A model generated the notes under the pieces. The model saw nothing but the letters and a program-made list of their open reading frames with translations. It was not told where the DNA came from and made no database searches. DNA of 64,000 nt from Balanoglossus misakiensis (lineage: Eukaryota; Animalia; Hemichordata). Both the position numbers and the translations under genes were made by a program. Location: the NCBI GenBank assembly GCA_040954595.2, contig CM082581.2, forward strand, positions 922,699 to 986,698, in the 5' to 3' direction. Position 1 is the stretch's first letter; each line of letters starts with the position of its first letter. Positions 38,701-50,435 of the stretch are shown piece by piece.

Positions 38701-38830
38701 GCCTTGTTTAAAGTCGAAAACAAGTGCAGTGACCCAAAATGGATTTTCATTATACATACAAATCAGAAACGAAAATTCACGATTAAAAGAAATGACAATG
38801 CTTTCAATTTTACTGATCGTACATCCTTAA

Positions 38831-39150
38831 CTCGCTGCCCTTTTCCATGTTTGATACAAAACACCGTTTATATTAATGTAAATGTGGATATATAGTGATG
38901 CAACGTTCAACCGCACACACCTTCTATCCCGCATGTAGACACGAGAGCGAAAACTCGCAAAACTGAAAAATCGGTCTCTACCATTAATTCATTTTGGGCG
39001 AGTTTTTACTCTCATATCATACAAGCAGGATGGAAGTTGTGTGTGGTTGAACGTTCATTCACTACATAAACACATGCCCATTAATATAAACGGTGTCTTG
39101 TATCAAACATAATTAATAGAAAAGGGCGACGAGAGAGAGAGTTTGTCCCT
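38831..39150. mobile_element. Same TTAA MITE family, copy 2 (left terminus deleted)
   Basis: Internal palindrome homologous to 53998-54344; right end GTCCCT followed by TTAA. Confidence 0.75.
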
Positions 39151-40477
39151 TTAAGGCGACATGATGCATGAAGTGGCGAGAGATAAACGCGGCTGACCAC
39201 CGCATTAAACACTGTCAAGCAAGGCACTTCAAATGCCAATTGTTTAAGTGTGTACTAAGTAATAGGTTCATGTACCATGGGGGGGGGGGGTCAAATCACA
39301 ACAGTTGGACATGTACGAATATGAAGAGACGATATCAGTTTGTTCATGTCTTCCTTTAGTAAAAATCTTTTTTGAACTTTGTATAGAATTCATTGAACTT
39401 TACTTTAGCTTATGAACTCTCATTTGCACATCGTCATCTTGAAATTGTGTCGACTTTATCATAAGGTTTTTATAACTCAACTAGGTCGCAAAACCTATTT
39501 AAGTTAGTGAGAATAGGACGTTCACCTTTTGGGTTGATGGCTACAGCCGTTAATCCTGACTCATACACATGTTGCAGCCAGTATACTCTGCAGACATTGG
39601 ACACAATAGTTTTACGAACCATTAAATTTTATTGGACCATCAAGTTTATTGACCCATGACGTTCATATAGATTTTATGACACGACTGACGCTATAATCGG
39701 TCCTTACCTTTGGCGAGCCAAGTGTTTTATAACATCATAAGATATTAATACCTATCACCCAGTCAAACGATTTCAAGTTATAAAATTTCCACGCCAATAG
39801 GACGCCTTTAGGTGGAAATGCAACCAGGTATCCTAAATAGGAAAATATTCCGGGTATCTGTCAAGTTTAGTCCCATATTTAGGGGACCAAGAGCCCTCAG
39901 GCGCTTGGTCCCCTTCTGTTATTGCTGGAGTTTGTCTTCTTTCTTCTTGAGTCGTTTTTTTGCGCCCGTTTTTCTCTGAAATTCCGGCAGGTGCGCCTCC
40001 AAATTTGGCACGGTGGTTGGGGCCCATGAGTACTGGTGCACCTGCCCTTTGAATTTGTAATTAGTCACGTGACTTTGTGGCTATAATCGAGCGAAATTTT
40101 CAAATTGACCTAATTTGCACGTTAATGGGGGCATGTACATTCTTTTCGCGATTTTTGTAGACCATGTGGCCAAAATCCCCTGTGCCAAATTTCAAGGTCC
40201 TAGGCCACGTCGATTTTGAGAAGAAGATTTTTGTAATATTTTTTCGCATTTTTTGGTGGGCTGAGGACGGACACTGGGGCATCGGACTTTGACCGTCATT
40301 ACGTAATGTTGTGGAGATCTCATTAGCAGGCTACTCACTTCTGGCGGGTTGCAGTAGTCCTTGGAAAATCGGCTGAAATACGTAAACAGACCAGTGATTA
40401 TTTTCCACGGAATGAATTTTGGGACAACACATTATCGGAGTTCAGGCTGTGTTAGGGCGTTTTATTGAATTACGCTG

Positions 40478-43012
40478 AGTTTGGATTGACCACTGTGTTA
40501 CCACTAAAATTTTTTATAGCAATGTTCTTTCAATTTCGAGTCTTTGCAATGTTGTTGACTCCGACCATATTCCTGTTTCAATAGAGGTTCATTTCAACAC
40601 TTCTGCTGATGAATGCTTCAGCAGTAGTTCCTTCAAGCAATGTAATTTTCGAGTTGATTGGAAAAAATTGTCACAGCAGAATATATCCGCCTACACCCGT
40701 TGTACCAAAGCCAAGGTTGATAAGATTAATATATCCGAAGAGTTATTCTGCACTAATGTGAACTGTACATACCCTTCGCATTTACAGGCAATTGATACTT
40801 GTTATAGTAGTGTTGTGGACGCATTGAATTGTGCTGCAAAAGATACCATTAGGCGTAAGTTTCACCAGAAAGTTCATGTTGTGCCTGGCTGGAACGATTT
40901 TGTAAAAGAAAGTCACGACTATGCCCGTTCCATGTTTTTATTATGGGTTAATGGGGGTAAACCTTAACAAGGCCCGCTTTTTGAAACCATGAAATCTTCC
41001 AGAGCTCGTTTTAAGTATGCTTTACGTGCTTGTAAAAAGATTGAGAATCAAAATAGGGCTGACAAGATGGCTGACAATTTACGCTGCCACAAACAGAACG
41101 ACTTCTGGAAGGAAGTCAGAAAGCAAACTAGCAGAAAAATGCCGCTTTCTGACACTGTAGGTGGAGCGACTGGTGAGAGTGAAATTGCAATTATGTGGCA
41201 CAAGCATTTCAGTGATATTTTGAATTCTGTCCAGGCTTAGACTGGTAAAAATGACATCGAGGAGAAAATGAAGTATGTTAAATTTTCTTCTGATATGTAT
41301 GTTTCTGAAGAAGAAGTAATTTCTGCTATACATAAGTTACCTGACGATAAGACAGCTGGCATTGACAATATTTCAGCTGAGCACCTCAAATTCTCAGACT
41401 CCTCTATTTTACCCATTTTGACTTGATTGTTCATGGTTACCTGCAAACTGAGGCTATCAAAGTTATTTTAGTTCCAATTAAGGATAAAACTAAGCTTTGT
41501 AGTGATGCCAGTAACTACCGGCCGATAGCACTAGCAACTGTTTTCTCTAAAGTTTTTGAGCCTATTTTACTTTCTCGTTGTGAGGAGTTTCTTACCTCTC
41601 ATTATTTACAATTTGGTTTCAAGCGAGAACATTCAACTGACCTGTGTTTATTTGCATTTAAAGAAATCATTAGCTACTACACCAGCAATGGAAGACCAGT
41701 GTTTACTTGTTTTCTGGATGCTTCAAAAGCTTTTGACAGAGTTAATCACTTTAAACTGGTTAACAAGCTCATCGACAGGAATGTTCCCTTGTATGCTGTA
41801 CGAATTTTATATTAAAGGTCCCATGCCATGCCCTATACAACCACGCGTAAAATCACTATTTGGGTCTTGAAGTTAACGTATGTTACTATCTTGCAATGCG
41901 TTTTGCCCCTTGTGCTTAGATAACAAGCAAGTAAAAGTGGCGGGTGGGCGTGTACCCCTAACCCAACTCAGTCGATTTTTTTGGCTTTTCGAAGTTAAGC
42001 CGAAGACTTATCTTGATGTGGACAAATAGTCTTTCACACCTTTGTAAATCCTCTGCCTGCAATGTGAGGCAAGGGCTTCCTTTGCTTTGAACACTGTTTA
42101 TATAGCTTATCTTTGTCTGTGGACTTAATTACTCATGGACCGATAATTACACTTTACTGTAAACAGAATGGTACACTACGACATAGTGTACTTGTTTGTC
42201 CATATGCAAATACCTTCGCCTGGCTCGAGTGCGAAGTGGCTCCCCGATCACAGGCATGAAAAAAGGTGGCAAATTCCGGCATTCGTGCACATTTTTCGGA
42301 ACCGACACAATAGGCAATGCATAGACAGGTACCCTAGGTGAGCTTTTGACGTGGAAAAATGAAAACTTTTCAAAGCATGACAATTGACCTTTAATGGTAC
42401 AGAAATCAATTGTTTACTGTGTTGTGGGGTAATGAAACCTCAGAGTTGTTTTCTGTTTCTAACGGTGTAAGACAAGGGGGAGTACTCTCTCCCTATCTTT
42501 TTAATGTCTACATTGATGATCTTATCAATGCACTCTGTAAAGCCAAAGTTGGCTGTACCATGTGTGGTGTCAGCGCTAACACTTTAGGTTACGCTGACGA
42601 CATGACTCTACTCAGTCCAAGTATTAAGGGTCTACACCGTCTTCTTAGAATTTGTGAAATTTATGGCAAGGATTATGATATAATTTATAATTCTAGTAAA
42701 ACTGTGTGCATGCTTTTTAATGGGAAGAATATGAGCGTTCAAAGAATTCCTTCGGTTAAACTTAATGACATCACTTTAAAGTTTGTACCTGTACACACCT
42801 ATCTGGGCCATGTTATATCTTGTGATGGTTGTGATAATGAAGATATTGAACGACAGAGAAGAGCATTTTGTGTTAGAGCAAACATGCTATTGAGACATTT
42901 TCAACATTTTAGTCAAGATGTGAAGAAAGTTTTATTTTTGGCATATTGTAGTAATATTTACTGTTGCAGTTTGTGGGCATCCTTTAAAGTAAAACCGATG
43001 AAAAAATTTAAA
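40478..43012 (+). mobile_element. Decayed non-LTR retrotransposon ORF2 (end of APE + reverse transcriptase), RTE-X-like
   Basis: WIDHC and SDH endonuclease motifs; VVPGWNDFVKE, FWKEV, NYRPIAL, QFGFKREHST, FLDASKAFDRV, GVRQGGVLSPYLFNVYIDDL, YADD, YLGH. Contains stops and frameshifts and is truncated at both ends. Confidence 0.9.
41816..42390. mobile_element. TTAA-targeting non-autonomous DNA element (Kolobok-like) inserted in the RT
   Basis: TTAA at 41812-41815 and 42391-42394; imperfect TIR AGGTCCCATGCCATGC / GCATGACAATTGACCT. Removing it restores RILY*WYRNQLFTVLWG. Confidence 0.85.
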
Positions 43013-43717
43013 ACAGTGGACTTTGACCCTAAGTCGCTAATGTTGTGGGAGGTTTCATTAGCATTGTAGTCACATGTAGTGGATAGTAGTTTGGGAAATT
43101 GGCTGAAATACGTCAGCAGACCAGTGATTTTCTTGCACGACAGGAGTATGGTACCAGCAATAATCAGAGATCAGGCTTCGTTGCCGTTCAAAAGTTCCTA
43201 CTTCAGTCGTGATGTTGCAACTGGACGTTCAGTATGGGGGTCGGCCCGCAGGTGGCCGTGTGGGTTATCAGGTCGCCCGTAACGGCACGCAGCTACATGC
43301 AGCTGTATGGGACTAAAATAATACACCCGATTCGGGTGTCACCTGTGACACCTGCATAACTCAATAATTATGTGCATGCGTAATTATGGGGTCAATGAAA
43401 GGGGTGGTAGCGTGCTATTTGTTGCACATGGATCAATATGAAGTCCGATTTTCCCGTCAAGTTGTGGGCGACCTTATGTGACCTTTCACCTACTTTTGCT
43501 TAGTGAGCATCCACAGCAGATGCATGCAGCTTTGGCTTGGGAGGGGGGGGGGCATATACGGATGGGACCATAATGATATACCAAAGGCGGGGTCGTCTGT
43601 TGCACCTGCCTAAGTCATTGATTTTGTACATTTAATTAGACACTAACCAACAGGGCGATAGGTGTGGTTTTTGTTCCACAGGGACGAATGTAAGTGTCAG
43701 TTGGTTTTTGCCCAAAT

Positions 43718-44576
43718 GTCCATTGAGGCCTGTATCCGTGATCTTAAGGACTGGATGACCCAAAACAAGCTTCAACTCAACGACTCCAAAAACTGAGATT
43801 CTACTTATTCGTTCACAATTTCATCACTCTGCTGATGCTATTGACAAGATTACCATTGGTTCAAGCTCTGTTCCCGTCGTTAAATCAGCTCGCAATATTG
43901 GTGTAATATTTGACAATACGCACATGTATAAAGATCACATCAAGAAAACTTGTCAATCAATATATTACCACTTTCGCCGTGTCGGACAAATCAGGAAATT
44001 TCTTAACAAAGCAACATGTCAAACAGTGATTCATGCTATTTTGGCAGCGAAACTCGACTATGGTAATGCATTACTGTATGGTATACCAGAACGCAGTCTG
44101 AACCTTCTACAACGCACACAAAATACAGCTGCAAGAATCATAACTCGGTCCAGGAAGTCTGCCCATATAACGCCAGTTCTTCAACTTCTTCATTGGTTAC
44201 CAGTTCGCCACAGGATAGAGTATAAAATAAATCTGCTCACATACAAAGCCTTAAATAATCTCGCTCCGAACTATATCCGCGATCTCATTCGGACATATTC
44301 TCCTGGTCGCAGGCTTCGTTCAGCTAATAAGAGCCTTTTATGCACTACAATGTACAAACGTTCTTCATACGGTGGCCGAGCATTCTCTCATGCTGCAACG
44401 AAACTGTGGAACATTCGTCAAGCTCCAAGTTTGAGTATCTTTAAGAAAAGACTGAAGACGCATTATTTCGCAAGAGCATATGGTGTGGGCCAATGAGCAC
44501 AAGCGCCTTTGAGTATGACACTTGTTATAGATACTGGCGCTATACAAATTTCTCTGATTGATTGATTGATTGATTG
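43718..44576 (+). mobile_element. 5'-truncated L2-clade LINE, 3' end with (GATT)n tail
   Basis: IEACIRDLKDWMTQNKLQLNDSK, RNIGVIFD, KLDYGNALLYG, LQRTQNTAARII, HITPVLQLLHWLPV, GGRAFS, FKKRLKTHYF; short 3' UTR with gcgcc...ggcgc stem, ending in tgattgattgattg. Confidence 0.92.
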
Positions 44577-45299
44577 TACAGGTGCAGCTTTGGTATTTGG
44601 AGGGATGAAACTATCATGAAATGCCAAATACAGGGGGATACCTTTGACACCTGCTTGATTCATGTATTACGTGCATACCTAATGTTAGGCAAAGTGAAAG
44701 GGCTGCAAATGTAGGATTTGTTGCACAAGACATAAACAGGAATGAAATTTTTCTGTCAAATTTTTGAATGACCTCAGGTGTCCATTGACCTGCTTTCCAT
44801 ATGTTAGCATGCACATCATATATAGCCACGTGTTTGGAGGGGTAGGGTAGGACCGTCATGAAATGCTAAATTCCTAGGGCCACCTGTAACTTACTTGTGT
44901 AACTCATTATTATGGCCATACCTAATTTTAAAAACCCAAAGGGCGAGAATTTTCCGTTGTCTTGAATATGAACCAAATAGGAATCCAAATTTTTGGCCCA
45001 ATTTTTGGGTACCCTCAGCTGACCTTTGAAGTACTTAACTGAAGTCCTTACATAACGTAGAAGTTCACTTGTGGTTGTTGTGTTTGTACTTGTAGGACAT
45101 CCATTTCGGGTGGTTGCCTACTTCCCCATATCTCCACATCCAGAGCAAATACAGCCTACGCAATTGAATGGTACAACCCTGAATGGAGTCTAATGGTTAT
45201 TATCTCTATGCTTGGGCCCCTTCAATGCTGCTTGGAGCTTTAATTATTACTATTATTATTGTCACGATATAAAGACACCAACTAAAAACTTACAAAATC

Positions 45300-46440
45300 A
45301 CAATGTCTTCACAACTCAAAATTTCACTCACTTCTTTTAGTTTGGTAGCCACCCCTCCTTTCTGTCCTAGCATAACAGGAGCACCATCACTGCCCAAAGC
45401 AGACAGACGATCTCTTAAGACAATACCATTCTCTGAAGAAAACTCTTTCACTGACTGTGCAATGGTGTCTGCTCTGCCATCACCAACCTAAAACAGTGAA
45501 AATAAAACCTTGATGTTAACACATGCAATGTACAACTCAATGTTTGTCTCACCTGAAATAACTAGTCAGCAAAATCAATTAAATGAGGTCACTCAAAAAC
45601 ATGTTTAATCGTATGTTTTTAATTCAGTGTAGACTTAAAAATTGAAAAACTTTCCACTTACTTCTTTAACTCCAAGGAAAGACACAACTGACTTCCCAGA
45701 CTTCAAGGTGTACTTGGAATAGATGATTAATTGCTTCAATACAGCCACATCAGTTGTTTTCATCTATTAACAGTGAATAGAAGTTACTTCCTTTCATCTT
45801 CTCTAAAATCTCATCACGGATGACTTTGCCTGAAAAATGAAATAAATGAAAATTACTCTTCAGATTAAACTTATCAAAATTCACAGTAATTTGTACAGTA
45901 ATTATTCTTTATTGAGTGTAACACTATTGCTTAAACAGTGATCCTTTCTTGAAAACAACCAGGTTTAAATAAATGTTACTACATTGCCTACAATTTAGAT
46001 CTGCACAAAAATCAGTAGACCTACTTACCAATGCAATAAACCATTATAGTTGTGGTCATCACTGCTGAGAGTACCAAGGAATGAACACCCGAGGGACTTT
46101 GCCAATTCCAAAACATGGATGAAGTTGGTGGTGTGCGGCAATTCTCTGTGCATGAGAAAATACATGCATCGTAGGACGCCGATGCATGAAGGCTTGCGTC
46201 TCAAAGGTGATGACCTTGTCAAATGCAGCCACAAGACCGCTGCTGTTCTCGATAACTGCTGCCTCGGCGTCAAGCTGCATTGCCGCCCGGTCGATAATCG
46301 TCTCTTCATGCTGCTTGAGTTTGTCTTCGCGAAGGGTGGTACATGTACATGGAGATGTTGTAACCCAAGTCCCTCCGCACTTGGCCTTCTGCTTGTGTTT
46401 TGTACAAAGGCGACAAAACATCCCTAAACTGAATAAATAT
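45300..46440 (-). pseudogene. Spliced hAT transposase remnant (ZNF862-like), three exons
   Basis: Exon ~46440-46029: MFCRLC...LKQHE...MYFLMHRELPHTTNF..LELAKSLG. Exon 45829-45662: KVIRDEILEKMKGSNFYSLLIDE.TTDVAVLKQLIIY...SFLGVKE. Exon 45487-~45300: DGRADTI...LGSDGAPVMLGQKGGVATKLK. GT-AG introns; frameshifted; 3' half absent. Confidence 0.85.
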
Positions 46441-47890
46441 CATTCTCTCAAATGCCAGCCGCATGCGGGAGCGTGCACCAGAAACAATAAATATTTACCA
46501 AGGCGGGAATGAAAAGAAAGCAGGGCGGCGCGTAAGATAGCAGGGTGGCAAAAAATAAAGGAGGGCGGGCCTGCCCAGCTAACCCCCCCCCCCCCCCAAA
46601 GTATTAACGCTCTGTGTTTACCATAGACTAATAGTGTCTCAAATTTTACCCTGTGTGAACCTGGTAAGAGACGTGTCTCAAATCTGAGAAGATTCAGGAC
46701 CACTTAAACCATTCACCAATAATAATTTATGCCAGTATTTGATCTGAGACGTTTTAGCAATTTCTTGTGTGACCCCCATATCAGTTGAAGCTGACAAATC
46801 CAGTATTTTGAATTTTTACATGGATTTTGTATACAGTGTGAATTGTAATTAAAGCTCCATTACCTTTACCTTTTTCCTATGTTTTCAGTATCTTTGTTTA
46901 GCAGTTTCTTGTGCAAATTCCCGAAACATGATGAAACATATATGTGTATGGTCAGCATTGTTATTGTGCCAAATTGGAATTTAAGTCCAGACTAGAATCC
47001 ATGAATTATTGTCAACAATGACAATGGCCATTATACACATACATTCTGTGCTGACAAGTAACAATCTGTGTGGAGTAGAACATGAAATCGCATTTGCTAC
47101 ATAGAACAAAAATACTGGAAATAAAGCCAAAAGATACAACGAATGTATATTTAACTTTAACTGCATTCTCATTCTCATCTGTATATATTTTACTGAGATT
47201 GTTTCATCAGGGTTTATCAGTATTCTAAACCAGCTTATGTGTGCATACAATCTGATTAAAATCAGATGTAGGGTACGGCGACGTCTTTTACTTCGCAGTA
47301 CGGTATTCTTATACTGTCGCCTCACACTACATCTGACCAACTCCCATAGAAGCTCCCGTTGAAAACTCTAGTAAACCAATCAGACGGTGCCTTATAGAGA
47401 ACTTTAGGTATCCTTCAGTTTTGATTGACATAACGTGCAATCTGATTGGCTTGGCCGCAACGGGACGTTGAACAAGCTTCTATATCTGATTCATATAATA
47501 CTGAAAGGGTTAAGAATGGCACACACTACATGTATGAGCTCATGGAATGTGTTTCTTCCCATAGGATAACATTAAGAATTGATAGAAAACCCTTTTCTAC
47601 TATTGTAATTTTAAGAAGTTTCACTCATAACTCATCCAAATGAAATTAAATTGAGTGATTCATATAAGTTGTAGGCTCACCACTGTGCTCAGTTTTGAGA
47701 TAAACTTAAATGTGTCCATGCCTATAGAAAAATAACATAGAAAGACCTATGGTGAAAAATGTTGACTTTAATTCAGGCTGCATTAGTGGAAAAATAATCA
47801 TACTTTGTCTGGCATAGAAACTCAGAATCTACAAAAAAGGCCTTTAAAACATGAATGGAAATGAAAATACTGCTACAATAAGAAATTCTT

Positions 47891-48028
47891 ACCTTGAATA
47901 AAGTATTTATTGGTACCACCACTTCCATAAAGAAACCACTTTGCTGGTGTAATGAGTTGTCAATCTGGGTTTGCTCATTGGCCTTGCTTTGAGTTCCAAT
48001 TCATGATGATGGTGTATTAGGACACTGG
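47891..48028 (-). pseudogene. Possible degenerate exon of unknown product
   Basis: Acceptor ctgtttcaag and strong donor CAAG|GTAAGA; every frame contains a stop (one reads ...QLITPAKWFLYGSGGTNKYFIQ). Confidence 0.25.
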
Positions 48029-48760
48029 ACTTGAAACAGGTGTATGCTGGTATTATACACGTTGAAAGTATTGTCATTCTTTTAATTGTGGATTTTTGGA
48101 TTATGCTGTGTATGTATAATGAGAATCCGTTAAAAATTGTAGGGGTCATTGCCCTTTTTAAAAAAAATACAGAGCCATGAATTTAGTTGATAATAGAAGA
48201 AATTTGCTGTCTCAGCATTTTTCACCAATGGTTTGTCTATGGGCGAAGATTTTAACGCAATTTATCTCATAATAGAGCTTGGTGACCACATAATTTTTTT
48301 TGACCAATGAATTTACGTTTACTTGACTGAGCTATGTGTAAAATTTCGTGAAAAAGACAATAGTAGAAGTTTGTTTTCTGGCAATTATCGATGTAATCCT
48401 TTCAGGAACAGACACACATGCACTGTTTATCAGTTTATGTTGTGCGTGTACATCCTTAAATGGTATTTGCCTCTCATGCCTTCCAAATTGTGATTCTGTT
48501 CTAGTGTTTTTGTTAAGGGCGGTACCTAGATAAAATCTACCGGAGTACCCCAGTCACTCCGAATTAAAACAACAGAACAAGGCCAATGTCACAGTGGTCA
48601 GGCAGTCTACCAGAGTTCCCCAGTCATTTTACCGGGGTTCCCCTGGGTGTATCAATGTGGTTATATTAGGAGGTTATAGGAATATTAACGGGGTTCCCAA
48701 ATCCATTACCAGTGTTCCCCGACCTTTGCAAAAACACTGTGTTCTTTTTATCCTCCACAG

Positions 48761-48969
48761 GAAGAGACAAAGAAAAGCATAGCAACCTCTGCTGATACTG
48801 CCACAACAAGCACAAGCACAAACACACCCCAGCCTGTAGCTTCTGCGAACCAACAACCCCCACCCTATCCAGCCGCAGCATACCAGCAACACTTCCAGCA
48901 GATGTCATACCCGAACCCATTCGTGTCTCAGTACGCTGCGTTTGCAGGAGCCGGACAGCCGCCACGATA
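48761..48969 (+). pseudogene. Orphan Thr/Pro/Gln/Tyr-rich exon with a PPPY motif
   Basis: Strong acceptor ttctttttatcctccacag; open frame EETKKSIATSADTATTSTSTNTPQPVASANQQPPPYPAAAYQQHFQQMSYPNPFVSQYAAFAGAGQPPR. No GT donor where the composition changes. Confidence 0.5.
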
Positions 48970-48979
48970 TAACATCAAT

Positions 48980-50435
48980 TATATTTGTTTTCTGAAAATG
49001 CCTATTGTTGACCAAAAGATGGCTAAATGGCAATTTTGTACTGAGCGGGGTGTCTCAATAAGACCGTTGTGCTGGTATCAGCATATTTTTTGCACACACA
49101 CACACACAAAAAACGAATTTACATACATCACAAGGGCTCTGAATATAAAGGAATAAGTTTGTATTTATTTTTTCTAACAGTTACCTTTTTGAGCAAAGAG
49201 GCCAAAATGATATTTTTTTCCCTCAGTGGGGTCAGTAAGAGTGGGTTTTTTAGTACTTTTATTTATCATTTGATCACCAATGGGAAGAAAATGGCATAAT
49301 TTTCGTATTTTCTAGAAATGACACTTTTTGGGCAAAAACTTGCCAAAAAGGCACTTTTATCTTGAGTGGCATCAATAAAACTGCTTTTTTGGAAACTTTT
49401 CACATACAGTGGGCATATAATTCATTATCAGATCTCCGAAAGTGAAGAAAATATATAAATTTTGAGTGTTTTCTGAAAATGACGTTTTGGGGGCAAAAAG
49501 TGGCAAAATGGCATTTTTTCTTGAGTAGGATCAATAAGACTGCTATTTCTGGAATCAGCACCATTTTTTACATAGGATGAACATTTCATATATCACATGA
49601 TCTCTGAGCTTTATGAAGAAAAGTTTGTTTTTAAATTTTTTTCTAAAAATGGCCTTTTTGGGCAAAAACTTTCCAAAAGGGCATTTTTGCATTAGGTTGG
49701 GTCAATAAATCTGCTTTTTTCGAATAATCACCAGATTTTACATAGGGTGGGCATATAATACATTATCAGATCTCCGAAAGTGAAGAAAATATATAAATTT
49801 TGTGTGTTTTCTGAAAATGACGTTTTGGGGCAAAAAGTGGCAAAAATGGCATTTTTTCTTGAGTAGGGTCAATAAGACTGCTATTTCTGGAATCAGCACC
49901 ATTTTTTACATAGAATGGACATTTCATATATCCAATGATCTCTGAATATGATAAACACAATTTATTTTTAGTTTTTTTGTAAAAATGACCTTTTTTGACC
50001 ACAAAAAGTGGCCAAAAATGGCATTTTTGTATTGATTGAGGTCAAAAAGACTGCTTTATTTTTTAAAGTCACCACTTTTAACATAGAATTGACTTTCCAT
50101 ATATCACCAGATCAATCATTATGAAGAAAACCGTGTGTTTTATTTTTTTTCTAAAAATGACGTTTTTGGGGCAAAAATTGGTCAAAAAGGCAATTTTCTG
50201 TTGTTTTGGGTCAATCGAACTACTTTTTTCGTAATATTCACCAAATTTTACATAGAATAAGCATATCATATGTTATCAGATCTCAGAATGTGACGAAAAC
50301 AATGTGTTTTTAGTGTTTTCTAAAAAAGACCATTTTGGGGTTAAAAATGGCCAAAATGGCAATTTTGTCTTGAGTGGGGTTAATAAGACTGACTTTTTTG
50401 GAATGAGCACCATTTTTTACATAGAATGGACTTCT
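48980..50435. repeat. Diverged tandem array, ~169-bp monomer (~8-9 copies) with a ~338-bp dimer structure
   Basis: ttct(g/a)aaaatg recurs near 48990, 49311, 49471, 49641, 49809, 49978, 50149 and 50318. ttatcagatctccgaaagtgaagaaaatatataaatttt is exact at ~49425 and ~49763. Confidence 0.85.

Larger units (their letters stand above)
39878..45245 (+). mobile_element. Helentron-type non-autonomous element (HINE/DINE-1-like) expanded by nested insertions
   Basis: 5' TTT + GGGGACCAAG (39882) with nearby inverted copy CTTGGTCCCC (39904), then a TTC-rich stretch. 3' sub-TIR CTTGGGCCCC (45211), small hairpin GCTGCTTGGAGC and TTTAATT. Diverged internal repeats at ~40284-40410/43018-43140 and ~43345/44645/44885. 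Confidence 0.55.

Noticed and set aside
38710-38724. AAAGTCGAAAACAAG identical to the right satellite junction (~35383-35397)
   Set aside because: Only 15 bp, AT-rich, with no flanking homology; cannot be distinguished from chance.
40284-43140. Direct repeats flanking the RT interpreted as LTRs
   Set aside because: The RT is non-LTR type with an APE domain; the repeats are diverged, lack TG...CA ends and fit internal repeats of the host element.
48520-48725. Cluster of GGGGTTCCC-like words resembling NF-kB sites
   Set aside because: Equally consistent with subterminal motifs of a decayed DNA-transposon MITE; no supporting promoter evidence.
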